From an uncultured Planctomycetota bacterium (GTDB lineage Bacteria > Planctomycetota > Planctomycetia > Isosphaerales > Isosphaeraceae): a DNA stretch of 64,000 nucleotides. The notes beneath the pieces are model-generated. The model ran no database searches. It saw nothing but the letters and a program-made list of their open reading frames with translations, and was not told the DNA's origin. Position 1 is the stretch's first letter. The number at the start of each line of letters is the position of its first letter. The stretch is from positions 3,424,001 through 3,488,000 of the forward strand of contig CAVTTN010000002.1 of NCBI GenBank assembly GCA_963737655.1, read 5' to 3'. Below are positions 19,956 through 30,367 of this stretch, piece after piece. Made by a program: the position numbers and the translations under genes.

Positions 19956-21911
19956 ATGACCGACTCTCTGACGATCGATTCTTCGGCGGTCCCCTCCGGC
20001 GACGCCCTGTTCTTCGGCCGACTCTGGGAACGCAGGCACTCGTCGATCGCGATCGTGACCGTGCTCTGCCTCTCGGCCGACCTGACGATGCAATTCGGCC
20101 TCCGACTGCCGGAAACCACGGCGAGATGGGCACTGTGGGTGGCCCTGGTCGTCGGTGGAGGCCCTCTGGTCGTCGAACTGACGATCCGTCTCCTGCGTCG
20201 TCAGTTCGGCTCGGACCTGCTGGCGGGGATCTCGATCGTCACGGCCGTCGTGCTCGGGGAATACCTGGCCGGGACCCTGGTGGTCCTGATGCTTTCGGGA
20301 GGCGAGGCCCTGGAATCGTTCGCGGTCCGGCGGGCGTCGTCGGTCCTCGATGCCCTGGCCCGGCGGATGCCCTCGGTCGCCCATCGCAAGACCGAATCGG
20401 GGCTGGTCGAGATCCCCCTGGGCGCGATCCGGATCGGCGACGTCCTGGAAGTCCTGCCCCACGAGGTCTGCCCCGTCGATGGCACGGTGATCCAGGGCCG
20501 CGGCCGGATGGACGAGGCGTACTTGACCGGCGAGCCGTACCGGGTGTCCAAATCGGTCGGCTCGGAGGTGCTCTCCGGCGCGATCAATGGCGAGGCGGCC
20601 CTGAGCGTCCGCGCCGAGCGTCTGCCGGTCGATTCCCGGTACGCCCGGATCATGCAGGTCATGCAGCAATCGCAGCAGACCCGCCCTCGGCTCAGACGGC
20701 TGGGCGACCAGCTCGGCGCGTTCTACACGCCCCTGGCCGTGGGGATCGCCCTGGCGTCCTGGGTGGCGAGCGGCCAGCCGGTCCGGTTCCTGGCCGTCCT
20801 GGTGATCGCCACCCCCTGCCCCCTCCTGATCGCCATCCCGGTGGCGATCATCGGCTCGATCTCGCTGGCGGCGAGGCGGAGCATCATCATCCGGGACCCG
20901 ACCGTCCTGGAACGGATCGGCGGCTGCCGGACGATGATTTTTGACAAGACCGGGACGCTCACCTACGGCGAGCCCCGGCTCGTCGAGCAGCATCAGGCGC
21001 CGGGTTTCGAGGGCCGAGACGTCCTCCGCCTGGCCGCCAGCCTGGAGCAGTATTCGAAACATCCGCTGGCCACGGCCGTCCTCCACGCGGCGAAGGAGGC
21101 GAAGCTGGAGCTCCTGCCGGCCGATCGCGTCCAGGAGCTTCCGGGCCAGGGCCTGCTGGGGACGGTCCAGGGGCGATCGGTCCGCGTGACCAGCGGGCCG
21201 AAGCTCGTCGCCGAGCAGCCGGAGGCGGCGGCCTGGTTGCCCCCTCAAACCGGCGGGCTCGAATGCGTGATCCTGATCGACGGCCGGTACGCGGCCACCT
21301 ACCGATTCCGGGACGAGCCCCGGGCGGAAGGGCAGGAGTTCGTCGGCCACCTGGCGCCGGCCCACGGCTTTCGCAAGGTCATGCTCGTCTCGGGCGACCG
21401 CGCCTCGGAGGTCGAGTACCTCGCCCGAAGGGTCGGGATCACCGAGGTTTACGCCGGCAAGAGCCCCGAGGAAAAGCTGGCGATCGTCCGCGAGGAGACC
21501 GCGAAGAATCCGACGGTCTACGTGGGCGACGGCATCAACGACGCCCCGGCGATGGTCGCCGCCACCGTCGGACTGGCGATGGGTCAGAAATCCGAGGTCA
21601 CGACCGAGGCCGCCGGCGCGGTCGTGATCGACAACATGCTCGGCCGAGTGGATGAACTTTTGCACATCGGCCAGCGGATGAGGCGGATCGCGCTCCAGAG
21701 CGCCATCGGAGGGATGGCGCTGAGCGTCGTCGGCATGCTTCTGGCCGCGTTCGGCTACCTCCCGCCGGTGGCCGGGGCGATCTCGCAGGAGGTCATCGAC
21801 ATCGCGGCCGTCCTGAACGCCCTGAGGGCCGCGTGGCCCCAGGGGGAGCTCAGCGACTATCGCAATCACGACGCGGAGGCCCCGGCCTCGGCCCCGAGCC
21901 CGCCCTCGTGA
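19956..21911 (+). CDS. Heavy-metal P1B-type ATPase (TPCP motif, P1B-5-like, no hemerythrin tail)
   Basis: [33 protein letters not shown]. Confidence 0.92.
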   Translation: MTDSLTIDSSAVPSGDALFFGRLWERRHSSIAIVTVLCLSADLTMQFGLRLPETTARWALWVALVVGGGPLVVELTIRLLRRQFGSDLLAGISIVTAVVLGEYLAGTLVVLMLSGGEALESFAVRRASSVLDALARRMPSVAHRKTESGLVEIPLGAIRIGDVLEVLPHEVCPVDGTVIQGRGRMDEAYLTGEPYRVSKSVGSEVLSGAINGEAALSVRAERLPVDSRYARIMQVMQQSQQTRPRLRRLGDQLGAFYTPLAVGIALASWVASGQPVRFLAVLVIATPCPLLIAIPVAIIGSISLAARRSIIIRDPTVLERIGGCRTMIFDKTGTLTYGEPRLVEQHQAPGFEGRDVLRLAASLEQYSKHPLATAVLHAAKEAKLELLPADRVQELPGQGLLGTVQGRSVRVTSGPKLVAEQPEAAAWLPPQTGGLECVILIDGRYAATYRFRDEPRAEGQEFVGHLAPAHGFRKVMLVSGDRASEVEYLARRVGITEVYAGKSPEEKLAIVREETAKNPTVYVGDGINDAPAMVAATVGLAMGQKSEVTTEAAGAVVIDNMLGRVDELLHIGQRMRRIALQSAIGGMALSVVGMLLAAFGYLPPVAGAISQEVIDIAAVLNALRAAWPQGELSDYRNHDAEAPASAPSPPS

Positions 21912-22315
21912 ATCCCGCGACCGGCCGAGGGCGACGTCCCGAAGCACTCGAACCGATATTCCCGGAGCGATTCGGGCAGGGGCAGCAGGGTCCCTTCGGA
22001 ATGGCACCGCTCGGCCCAGCCGAGCAGGGCGTCATACGCCGAATCGGTGGTGATCCCGCCGAGCCAGGTCATCCCGTCGGCCGAGGCGATGGCCGCGACG
22101 TTGGCCACGTCGCAGGGCCCGAGGCAGCCGGAGATGGTCAGTTGCACCGTCTTGTTCAGCTTCGCGGCCTTCCATGCCGCCTTGATCCGATCCACGGGCA
22201 CCGGCGGATACCCGCGATCGTCCCTCCCGCAGCAGCAGCCCCGGCACAGCAGGACCTGGCCCAGGGCCGTTTTCTTCGTCGTCACCGCCGCGTCCACCCG
22301 ATCTCGACCGTCCAT
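21866..22315 (-). CDS. Thioredoxin-like [2Fe-2S] ferredoxin-family protein
   Basis: LLCRGCCCG ... [12 protein letters not shown]. Confidence 0.75.
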   Translation of the reverse strand: MDGRDRVDAAVTTKKTALGQVLLCRGCCCGRDDRGYPPVPVDRIKAAWKAAKLNKTVQLTISGCLGPCDVANVAAIASADGMTWLGGITTDSAYDALLGWAERCHSEGTLLPLPESLREYRFECFGTSPSAGRGIHEGGLGAEAGASAS

Positions 22316-22465
22316 CCCGCCTCCGATTCCATGCCTTGCCCTCCGGTCCTTGACGCCCGGAGGGACCATGAATGATCATGATCGACGCCGGTTCGTCAAG
22401 TGGGCAGGGATCTTCCAGCACCGACGACGACCCGATCCTCGAGACCGATAACCGAAGGCCCCCCG

Positions 22466-23817
22466 ATGCCCGCATCGACCGATTCGCGAGTCCCCGTCAC
22501 CGTCCTGACCGGCTTCCTAGGCGCGGGCAAGACGACCTTGCTCAACCACATCCTCACGGCCGAACACGGCAAGAAAATCGCCGTGATCGAGAACGAGTTC
22601 GGCGAGGTCGGCATCGACCAGGATCTGGTGATCCACGCCGACGAAGAAATCTTCGAGATGAACAATGGTTGCATCTGCTGCACCGTCCGGGGCGACCTGA
22701 TCCGCATCCTCGGCAACCTCATGAAGAGGCGAGACCGGTTCGACGCGATCCTGATCGAGACGACCGGGATGGCCGACCCGGGACCGGTGGCGCAGACGTT
22801 CTTCGTCGACGAGGAAATGCAGGGGAAATTGCGGCTGGACGGCATCGTGACGCTGGTGGACGCCAAGCACGTCTGGGGCCACATCGACGATTCCGACGAG
22901 GTCCGGGAACAGATCGCCTTCGCCGACGTGATCCTGTTGAACAAGACCGACCTCGTCTCGCCCGAGGAGCTGGATCGACTGGAGGCCCGGATTCGCTCGA
23001 TGAACGCGGCGGCGAAGGTGCATCGGACCCGCGATTCGGTCGTGGAGATGGACCGCATCCTCAACGTGGGCGGCTTCAACCTCGACCGCGCCCTCGAAGT
23101 CGATCCGAAGTTCATGGAGCCGGAATACCCGTTCGAGTGGTCGGGCGTGTTCGACCTCTCGCCCGGGACGTATGAATGGGTGATGGCGCCCGGCCCGATC
23201 CCTCGATGGCCGTCGCCCTGATCCCGATCGCCGCGCCCACCGCCGACGGGCGGGATGCCGTCGAGATGGCGGCCGTCCTGGCGTTTTCGGACGAATCGCC
23301 GAGCGAGATCGGCCCCGGGGAAGCCATCCCCGCCGGCGATCGGCTGGCCGAATTGTCGCTGGGCGATGGCGAATCGCGGTTCCGGGTCGTGGTCGAACGC
23401 CCCGGGGCCTTCGCCCTGTTTACCGAGCACTTGCCGGAGGAGTTCTCGGCGTTCCTGACCGGTCCCGACGGCCCCATCGACCCGGTGTTTCCCCGGGAGT
23501 ACAAGCCCGACCACGAGCACGACGAGGAAGTTTCGTCGGTCGGGATCGAGATCCCCGGCGACCTCGATTCGAGGAAGCTGAATCGGTGGATGGGCACGCT
23601 CCTCCAGGAAAAAGGCGTCGATCTGTTCCGCACCAAGGGGGTCCTGAGCATCGCCGGAGACGCGAATCGGTACGTGTTCCAGGGCGTACACATGCTCCTG
23701 GACGGCAGGCCCGATCGGCCGTGGGATGCGGAGCCGAGGAAGAACAAGATGATCTTCATCGGTCGAAACCTCGATCGCGAGGCGCTCGTCGAGGGGTTCC
23801 GCTCGTGCCTGGCCTGA
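22466..23817 (+). CDS. COG0523/CobW-family G3E GTPase metallochaperone (frameshift near 23200)
   Basis: [29 protein letters not shown]. The CobW_C domain (LFRTKG..FQGVH..FIGRNLD) is in the 23176..23817 frame. Confidence 0.92.
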
Positions 23818-24809
23818 GCGATCCCGGGTGGAAAACGGGCCTCGGCGGCCACGTCGTCGCCCTGGAATGGTCGCCCGACGGCCGATGGCTGGCGGCGGCG
23901 TCGATCGAGGGGCCGATCGTCGCGATCGACGCCTCGGACGGGTCGATCCGCTTCCAGGTTGAGGCCCACGGCTTCGGCACCTCGGGCGGGGCGATCTCGC
24001 CCGACGGCCGGCTCCTCGCCTCGGGCGGCCAGGATGGCACGGTGGCGCTCTGGGACGCCCAATCGGGCGCCGAGATCGCGCGGATGGAGGCGGGGGCGGA
24101 TTGGGTCGAAACGGTGGCGTGGTGCCCGCGATCGGCGGTGCTCGCCTCGGCGGCGGGGCGGGTCTTGAGGCTCTGGGACGATCGCGGCGGCCTGGTCCGG
24201 GAATTCCCGAGACATCCGGGGACGATCATGGACCTCGCCTGGCGGCCGGGACGCCCGGAGATCGCCTCGGCGTCGCTCGGGGTGGTCTCGGTCTGGTCGG
24301 TTCACGCCCTGGAGCCGGTTTCCCGATTCGAAGGATCGGGCGCGGCCCTCGCCCTCGCGTGGAGATCGGACGGCGAAGCCCTGGTCAGCGGACACCAGGA
24401 CGCTTCGGTCACGTTCCGGGACTTGCGGACGGGCCGATCCTCGGTCATGACCGGGTTCGCCCGGAAGGTCCGCGAGCTGTCGTTCTCGGGACGATGGCTC
24501 GCGACCGGAGGAGGGCCGGTGGTGTCCGTCTGGGACGGCTCGGGAGACGGCCCCGAGGGGACCGAGCCGGCCTTGCTGGACGCCTCGTCCGAATCCCCCG
24601 TCTCGGCCCTCGCCTTCCGTCCGGGGACCGCGATCCTGGCCGTGGGGACCGAATCGGGGCGATTGCGATTGTGGAAGGCCGAGCTCCCTCTGGAACGTCT
24701 CGCGACGTTCGACCTCCCCTCCGAGGTCAGCCGGCTCGCCTGGGACCGATCGGGCGATCGCCTGGCCGCGGGGACGGCAAGCGGTGAGGTTTGTTTGATG
24801 AACCCGTAG
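23805..24809 (+). CDS. WD40-repeat beta-propeller protein
   Basis: Repeated units such as WSPDGRWLA, SPDGRLLASGGQDGTVALWD and LAWRP. GTG overlaps the COG0523 stop. Confidence 0.88.
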   Translation: MPGLSDPGWKTGLGGHVVALEWSPDGRWLAAASIEGPIVAIDASDGSIRFQVEAHGFGTSGGAISPDGRLLASGGQDGTVALWDAQSGAEIARMEAGADWVETVAWCPRSAVLASAAGRVLRLWDDRGGLVREFPRHPGTIMDLAWRPGRPEIASASLGVVSVWSVHALEPVSRFEGSGAALALAWRSDGEALVSGHQDASVTFRDLRTGRSSVMTGFARKVRELSFSGRWLATGGGPVVSVWDGSGDGPEGTEPALLDASSESPVSALAFRPGTAILAVGTESGRLRLWKAELPLERLATFDLPSEVSRLAWDRSGDRLAAGTASGEVCLMNP

Positions 24810-24905
24810 GGTGCATGAAATGCACCATCTTCGGCGTCGCTCCTGCATCGTCTCGGAGGAAACGGCAGAGGCCGAGGTGGAGATGGCACATTTTATGCCC
24901 CGTAC
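24806..24905. repeat. GTAG-type REP doublet, family D (second arm degenerate)
   Basis: GTAGGGTGCATGAAATGCACC (its TAG is the WD40 stop codon) and an eroded inverted arm GGCACATTTTATGCCCCGTAC. Confidence 0.55.
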
Positions 24906-24908
24906 AGC

Positions 24909-25769
24909 TCAGGGCCTGGTCTCAACCGGCGTTTCCCCGGCGTTGCCCCATTCGGACCAACCGAGGTAATAATTCCGGGTCGGGTGGCCGAGACGCTCGA
25001 ACACGAAGGCATCGACGGAGGCCCGGCCGCCTCCCTGGCAGTGGGTCACGACCGGGTCGCCGGGCTGGATTCCCGCCTTGCGGACCTTCTCCTTCAGGAG
25101 ATCCTCCGGCAGGAACCGGCCGTCGGCATCGACGAGGTCCTTCCATTCCAGGGGGCAGGCGGCCGGGATGTGGCCGGCCTTCTTGTTGGACATCCTGGCC
25201 TTGCCCGAGTGCTCGTCGGGCGAGCGGGCATCGACGATCTTCGTCGAGCCGGGGGCCTTCACCAACCCCAGGACGTCGTCCTTCGTCGCGAGCCGATCGG
25301 GCCGGAAGTGGACCTCGCGGGCGACCTCCGGGACCTTGGGCACCTCGATCGAGACGGGATGGCCTTCCTTCGCCCAGAGCGGGAACCCGCCATCGACCAG
25401 GCCGACGCGATCGACGCCCAGGTATCCCAGGAGCCAGAAGACCCGGGCGGCGTCGAGCTGGCGGCTGGCGTCGTAGACGAAGACCTCGCCGCCGTCGGGG
25501 AGGCCGAGCCCGGCGAGCCAGGAGGTCCAGGCGTCGCGATCCTTCAGGCCGCCGGGCTTGCCGGCGATCGCCGAGGCGGCCTTGACGTCGACCCAGACCG
25601 CCCCCGGCACGTGCCCCTTCTGGTAATCGGCCTTCGAGCGGGCGTCGAGGATGCGCACCCGGAGATCGGTCGTCTTCTTCTCCAGGCCCGAGAACTCGAT
25701 CAGGGCCGGGCGGGCCGGGGGAGGATCGGCGGCGACCGTCGAGAGGGTCAGCAGCAAGGTGGCGAGCAT
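24909..25769 (-). CDS. Tandem-rhodanese sulfurtransferase with signal peptide
   Basis: ILDAR..YQKGHVPGA, AARVFWLL, GHIPAA, active-site loop HCQGGGRAS, GWSEW. N-terminus MLATLLLTLSTVAA. Confidence 0.9.
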   Translation of the reverse strand: MLATLLLTLSTVAADPPPARPALIEFSGLEKKTTDLRVRILDARSKADYQKGHVPGAVWVDVKAASAIAGKPGGLKDRDAWTSWLAGLGLPDGGEVFVYDASRQLDAARVFWLLGYLGVDRVGLVDGGFPLWAKEGHPVSIEVPKVPEVAREVHFRPDRLATKDDVLGLVKAPGSTKIVDARSPDEHSGKARMSNKKAGHIPAACPLEWKDLVDADGRFLPEDLLKEKVRKAGIQPGDPVVTHCQGGGRASVDAFVFERLGHPTRNYYLGWSEWGNAGETPVETRP

Positions 25770-25789
25770 GGTGGAAAGCCTCCGGGCGA

Positions 25790-26643
25790 TCAGAGCAGGA
25801 CCCGGCCCGAGTCGGGCCGCGCGAACCGACGGAGAGCGGCAGCTTGATCCGGGCGATCGGTTCGTGGGCGATCCCGAACGGCGACGGGGGGGCGATGGTG
25901 TCGAGCCAGTCGGGCGGGTCGTCGATGTCCTCGTCCCTCTGCCCGAGGGGCACGGGGGCCTGGAACACGGTGTCCCCCATCCCGAGGAAGAACAGGAGAT
26001 AGGGCAGCGGTTCCTCGTCGCCAAGCCTCCGGGCGAGCGAGGCCCACGCGGAAGGGAACTCGTCGCCGGCCCGGTGGACCAGGCAGGAGAGGTTGGCGAA
26101 GGCCCGGCCGTCGAAGTCGTGGTCGGGGTTGCTCACCCACTCGATCGCGTCTTCATACGATTCGAGGTCCGCCGCCGGGGCGATCGCCAGGGCCAGGCGG
26201 ATCAGGCCCTTGAAGGCGGCGATCGGCATCGATTCGGGCGGCGAATCCCAGGGGGATTGGCCCGAGCGGAACGGCTCGGAGAAGGTTTCGAACGCCGGGT
26301 CGATCCCGTCGCCGAACAGGGTCAGGCACTCGTCGCACTGGTCCAGGGCCCGGAGGCTCGTCGGCCCCAGGTACGGCGGAAAGGCCGGGATCGGCTCGGA
26401 GAACTCGGTCCGGGGCTCGCTCTGGCCGCAGAACCGGCAGCGTCGTTTCGAGGACGCGCCGAGATCCACCCGGCCTCGCCCGGGGGCCGAAAGTCGGTCG
26501 CCGGCCACGACCTCGTAATTCTGGGAGAACAGCAGCCCCCCGACGGCCGAGAACCAGTCGGACTGGTCCGAGCCGTGGAGCCGTCCTCGGCGCTCCCACC
26601 GCCCGTAGGCGGCCCTGCGAATCTGTTCGTCGGTCGGTCTCAT
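25790..26643 (-). CDS. DUF2934 domain + degenerate HNH-like Zn-binding domain protein (3' end frameshifted)
   Basis: EQIRRAAYGRWERRGRLHGSDQSDWFSA, then CRFC...CDEC. Confidence 0.65.
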
Positions 26644-26740
26644 CCCGGGCGTTTCTCGTCCGGCCCAGCCTTTTCGTGATCCCTCACGCGACGACGATTC
26701 TAGCCGAGCCCGCCGTTTCGCCATAGAGCGGTCGGGCCGT

Positions 26741-28255
26741 TCATTCCGGCGGCAGCTCGACCGAATAGAGCGTCTTGCCCGATCGGTCGTGGAGCGAGAC
26801 ACTCATCACGGCCGTTTTCCCGGCGATGGCGACGTTTCCGAAGAACTGGAGGCCGTCGGACGGGGGCCGATTGGGCTTCGTGCCCGGCGGGATCGCCGAG
26901 AATTTGAGTTCGGGGCCGAACGTCGGGTCGAGCTCCCCGGGACCGAACGTGCCGGCGTGCAGCGGGCCGGCGACGAACTCCCAGAACGGGCGGAAATCCG
27001 GGGTCCGGGCGCGAGACGGGTCGTAATGGTGGGCCGCCGCGTAGTGGACGTCCGCCGTGATCCAGACCACGTTGCGGATGTCCGCCGCCTTCACGAACGC
27101 GAGCAATTCGGCGATCTCCAGCTCTCGGCCCGAGGGCGGCCCGGGATCGCCGTTGGCCACGGCCTCGAACGCCGAGGCGCCGTCCCGGACCACCAGGCCG
27201 ATCGGCATGTCGCTGGCGATCACCTTCCACCTCGCCCGCGACCCCTTCAGCGCCGATTTCAACCAGTCCAGTTGCGCGCGACCCAGGAATGCCGACGCCG
27301 GGCCGGGCTCGGTTTGTCGATTGGCCGAATTGGCGCCCCGGTACGTCCTCTCGTCGAGGAGGAACACGTCGAGAAGCGGGCCTTGCGGGCAGACTCGATA
27401 GATCGGCTCGTCCCGACGGATCATCGGCAGGTAATCGAGGAACGCCCGGCGGGCCCGCTTCGCCAGCGTGTTCACGTCCTTCTCGGCGTACCGAGGATCG
27501 TCGAGGATCTCGCCGGGATACCAGTTGTTCAGCGTCTCATGGTCGTCCCACTGGGCGAGCATGGGCACCTCGGCGAGGAACCGGCGGAACGGGGCGTCCA
27601 GGAGGTTGTAGCGGTATCGCCCGCGGAACTCTTCCAAAGTCTCGGCGACCTTGGCGACCTCGGGCGTGACGAGGTTCCTCCACAGGGAGCCGTCGTCGAG
27701 CCGGACCTCCTCGGCGATCGGGTTGTCGGCATAAATATGATCGCCCGAGTGGACGAAAAAGTGGGGGTCGGCCTTGCGGATCGCGTCGAAAATGGCCATC
27801 CCGCCGCGGCTTGGGTCGATCCCCCAGCCCTGGCCGGCGACGTCGCCTCCCCAGGCGAATCGGATGTCTCTCGGGGCGTCCGAGGGGGTTGCGAACCGTC
27901 CGGTCACGGGCTCGCCTGCGACCTTGGCGGAGTCGGCGTCGCGGAACCGGACCCGGTAGAAGATCGTCTGGCCCGGCGGGAGCTTCTCCAGGGCGACCCG
28001 GGCCGTCAGGTCGGTTTCGGGGGTCGCGAGCGGGCCGACGACGGTGGAGGCGTCGCGGAACGCCTCCGTGGTGGAGAACTCGACGACCATCCGGCCGGGC
28101 CGATCGGCGCGGGCCCAGATCACCGCCCCGGTCGGCGAGACGTCTCCCGAGGCGATCCCGAGGCTGACCTCCGGACCCGGGACTCGGACCGAGGGTGACC
28201 TGAAGAAGGGAGCCGCGGCCATCGAGGCGAGGAACTGGCGACGGTTCGCGGCCAT
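26741..28255 (-). CDS. phoD: Alkaline phosphatase D family protein (Tat-exported)
   Basis: NRRQFL Tat motif; GIASGDV, HSGDHIYAD, WDDHE, LDERTYR, TADVHY. Confidence 0.92.
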   Translation of the reverse strand: MAANRRQFLASMAAAPFFRSPSVRVPGPEVSLGIASGDVSPTGAVIWARADRPGRMVVEFSTTEAFRDASTVVGPLATPETDLTARVALEKLPPGQTIFYRVRFRDADSAKVAGEPVTGRFATPSDAPRDIRFAWGGDVAGQGWGIDPSRGGMAIFDAIRKADPHFFVHSGDHIYADNPIAEEVRLDDGSLWRNLVTPEVAKVAETLEEFRGRYRYNLLDAPFRRFLAEVPMLAQWDDHETLNNWYPGEILDDPRYAEKDVNTLAKRARRAFLDYLPMIRRDEPIYRVCPQGPLLDVFLLDERTYRGANSANRQTEPGPASAFLGRAQLDWLKSALKGSRARWKVIASDMPIGLVVRDGASAFEAVANGDPGPPSGRELEIAELLAFVKAADIRNVVWITADVHYAAAHHYDPSRARTPDFRPFWEFVAGPLHAGTFGPGELDPTFGPELKFSAIPPGTKPNRPPSDGLQFFGNVAIAGKTAVMSVSLHDRSGKTLYSVELPPE

Positions 28256-28279
28256 GGCGGCTCCCTCGGGACCCTCGAA

Positions 28280-29374
28280 TCAAGCCTCCTGCAAGGCCGG
28301 GTAGTCAATATACCCGCGCTGGTCGCCCCCGTAGAAGGTGGCAGGGTCCGCCGGGTTCAGGGGGGCGCCGACCCGGAAGCGTTCGGGGAGGTCGGGGTTG
28401 GCGATGAACAGCTTGCCGAAGGCGACGAGATCGGCCAGGCCCGATTCCAGGATGGACTCGGCCGATTCCCGGGTCAACCCGCCGTTGGCGATCAGGGTTC
28501 CGCGATATTTCGCGCGGAGCTCGGCCGTCGGGACGACGTCCGCCCCGTGGCGGACGTCCGCCTCCTGGGGCTCGATCAGGTGAAGATACGCCAGGCCGTG
28601 CGCGGACAGCTTCTCGACGAGGTAGCCGAACGTGGCCGAGGGGTCGGAATCGCTCATGTCGTTGAACGTCCCGCTCGGCGACAGCCGGATACCCACGCGA
28701 TCGGCGCCCCAGACCTCGGCGGCGGCGGACGTGACTTCGAGATGGAGCCGGGCCCGGTTCTCGACGGGGCCTCCGTAGGCGTCGGTCCGCTGGTTCGTGC
28801 CGTCCCGGAGGAACTGATCGAGCAGGTAGCCGTTGGCCCCGTGGACCTCCACGCCGTCGAACCCCGCCTCCTTCGCCCGGATCGCGCCCTGGCGGAACTC
28901 CTCGACGATCCCGGGGATCTCGTGAGTTTCCAGGGCCCGAGGGACCTCGAACGGCTTCGGGCCCTCCAGGGTCGCGGCCATCCCCGCGTTCGGACGGATC
29001 GCCGAGGGCGCGACGGGCGAGGCGCCTCCGGGGAGGAGCGACGGGTGCGAGATCCGGCCGACGTGCCAGAGTTGGAGGAAGATCCGGCCGCCCCGGTCGT
29101 GGACGGCCTCCGTGACCGCTCGCCAGCCGGCGACCTGTTCGGGAGAATAAATCCCCGGGGTCATCGGGTAACCCTGGCCCATCGGCGAGACCTGGGTGGC
29201 CTCCGACACGATCAGGCCGGCCGAGGCCCTCTGGGCGTAATAGGTGACGTTCATGGGACCGGGGACGTTCCCCGAGCCCGCACGGTTGCGGGTCAACGGC
29301 GCCATGACGATCCGGTTGCGGAGCTCGTACGGACCCAGCCGGACGGGCGAGAGCAGCTTCAGCGTCGAGCTCAT
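28280..29374 (-). CDS. nemA: Old yellow enzyme alkene reductase (N-ethylmaleimide reductase family)
   Basis: MAPLTRNR, QLWHVGRISH, HGANGYL, FIANPDLPER, TFY..GYIDYP. Confidence 0.92.
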   Translation of the reverse strand: MSSTLKLLSPVRLGPYELRNRIVMAPLTRNRAGSGNVPGPMNVTYYAQRASAGLIVSEATQVSPMGQGYPMTPGIYSPEQVAGWRAVTEAVHDRGGRIFLQLWHVGRISHPSLLPGGASPVAPSAIRPNAGMAATLEGPKPFEVPRALETHEIPGIVEEFRQGAIRAKEAGFDGVEVHGANGYLLDQFLRDGTNQRTDAYGGPVENRARLHLEVTSAAAEVWGADRVGIRLSPSGTFNDMSDSDPSATFGYLVEKLSAHGLAYLHLIEPQEADVRHGADVVPTAELRAKYRGTLIANGGLTRESAESILESGLADLVAFGKLFIANPDLPERFRVGAPLNPADPATFYGGDQRGYIDYPALQEA

Positions 29375-29478
29375 CGGACGAACCCTCCTGGGCCTCGCGG
29401 ACTTGGGTGACTCGGTCAGGGCGGGGACGTGGCCTCCGACGACTCCGGCAGGGCCACGTCCCCGCATCCCCTGGGCCG

Positions 29479-30279
29479 TTAGTTGCCGGATTTCACGTGG
29501 CCGCCATCAACCCGGAAATTCGCCCCGGTGATGAACGACGACAGCGGGCTGGCGAGATAGGCGACGACGTGGGCGATATCCTCCGGCTCGCCGAGCCGGC
29601 CGACGGGCAGGGGCATGTACTCCAGGGCCATCTTGGAGACCTCCGCCCAGTCGGTCCCCTTGCCCATCGAGGCGGCGATCTTGGTGAACGCCTCGCGGAA
29701 CCCGGCCGTGACGATCGGCCCGGGGCTCACGGTGTTGGCCGTCACGCCCGTCCCGGTGAGCTCCTTGGCCAGCCCCACGGTCAGGTTGATGTTCGCCGCC
29801 TTCGTGGCCGAGTAGGCCGGCGCCTGGGGGGTCGGCTCGGGCCCGACGGCGCTGGCGATCTGGATCACCCGGCCCCAGCCCGTCTCCTTCATCGCCGGGA
29901 CGAGCCTCTGGATCATCCGGACCATCGAGGTGACGTTCTGGTTGTAGATGTCCGTCCAGACGTCGGCCGAACCCTCGAACCAGCCCACGAACGGGAAGGC
30001 GCCGGCGTTGTTCACCAGGATGTCGATCCCGCCGAACGCCCCGAGGGCCGCCTTGGCGACGGCCTCGGCCTGGTCGTCGGCGGCGAGGTCGCCGATCGCC
30101 ACCTTCGCCTTGCCTCCGGCCTGGACGATCGCCTCGGCCACCCTCCGGGCTTCCGCCTCCCTCCGGCCGTGGACCACGACCGAGGCCCCCTCGGCCGCCA
30201 GCTCCTTGGCGATCGCCTCGCCGATCCCGCTGCTGCTGCCGGTGACCAGCGCCCTCTTGCCCTTCAGTTGCAAGTCCAT
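29479..30279 (-). CDS. SDR-family oxidoreductase
   Basis: TGSSSGIG, NNAG, YSATK, FITGANFRVDGG. Confidence 0.93.
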   Translation of the reverse strand: MDLQLKGKRALVTGSSSGIGEAIAKELAAEGASVVVHGRREAEARRVAEAIVQAGGKAKVAIGDLAADDQAEAVAKAALGAFGGIDILVNNAGAFPFVGWFEGSADVWTDIYNQNVTSMVRMIQRLVPAMKETGWGRVIQIASAVGPEPTPQAPAYSATKAANINLTVGLAKELTGTGVTANTVSPGPIVTAGFREAFTKIAASMGKGTDWAEVSKMALEYMPLPVGRLGEPEDIAHVVAYLASPLSSFITGANFRVDGGHVKSGN

Positions 30280-30304
30280 CGCCCGTCTCCCGTAAGGTTG
30301 AGAA

Positions 30305-30316
30305 TAGACCGGTCTA
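30305..30316. promoter_or_regulatory. Putative NemR-type operator upstream of SDR-nemA
   Basis: Perfect palindrome TAGACCGGTCTA; a second copy lies at 31039. Confidence 0.7.
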
Positions 30317-30367
30317 TTTGAAGGATGGAAGCGCGAACGGTCCGACCCGATCGCGGGGTTTCGGACC

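Noticed and set aside
22380..22465. Cobalamin riboswitch upstream of COG0523
   Set aside because: No B12-box or other recognisable core motifs, and the region is too short.
24883..24898. sigma54-like TGGCAC-N-TGC
   Set aside because: It points into a convergent gene end and is better explained as an eroded REP arm.
19047..24900. Genomic island integrated at tRNA-Pro
   Set aside because: No integrase, no duplicated tRNA 3' end (att) and no obvious compositional shift were seen.
24909..26802. Apparent overlap or fusion of the DUF2934 protein with the rhodanese
   Set aside because: The rhodanese has its own ATG and signal peptide at 25769. The read-through is best explained by an indel near 25840.
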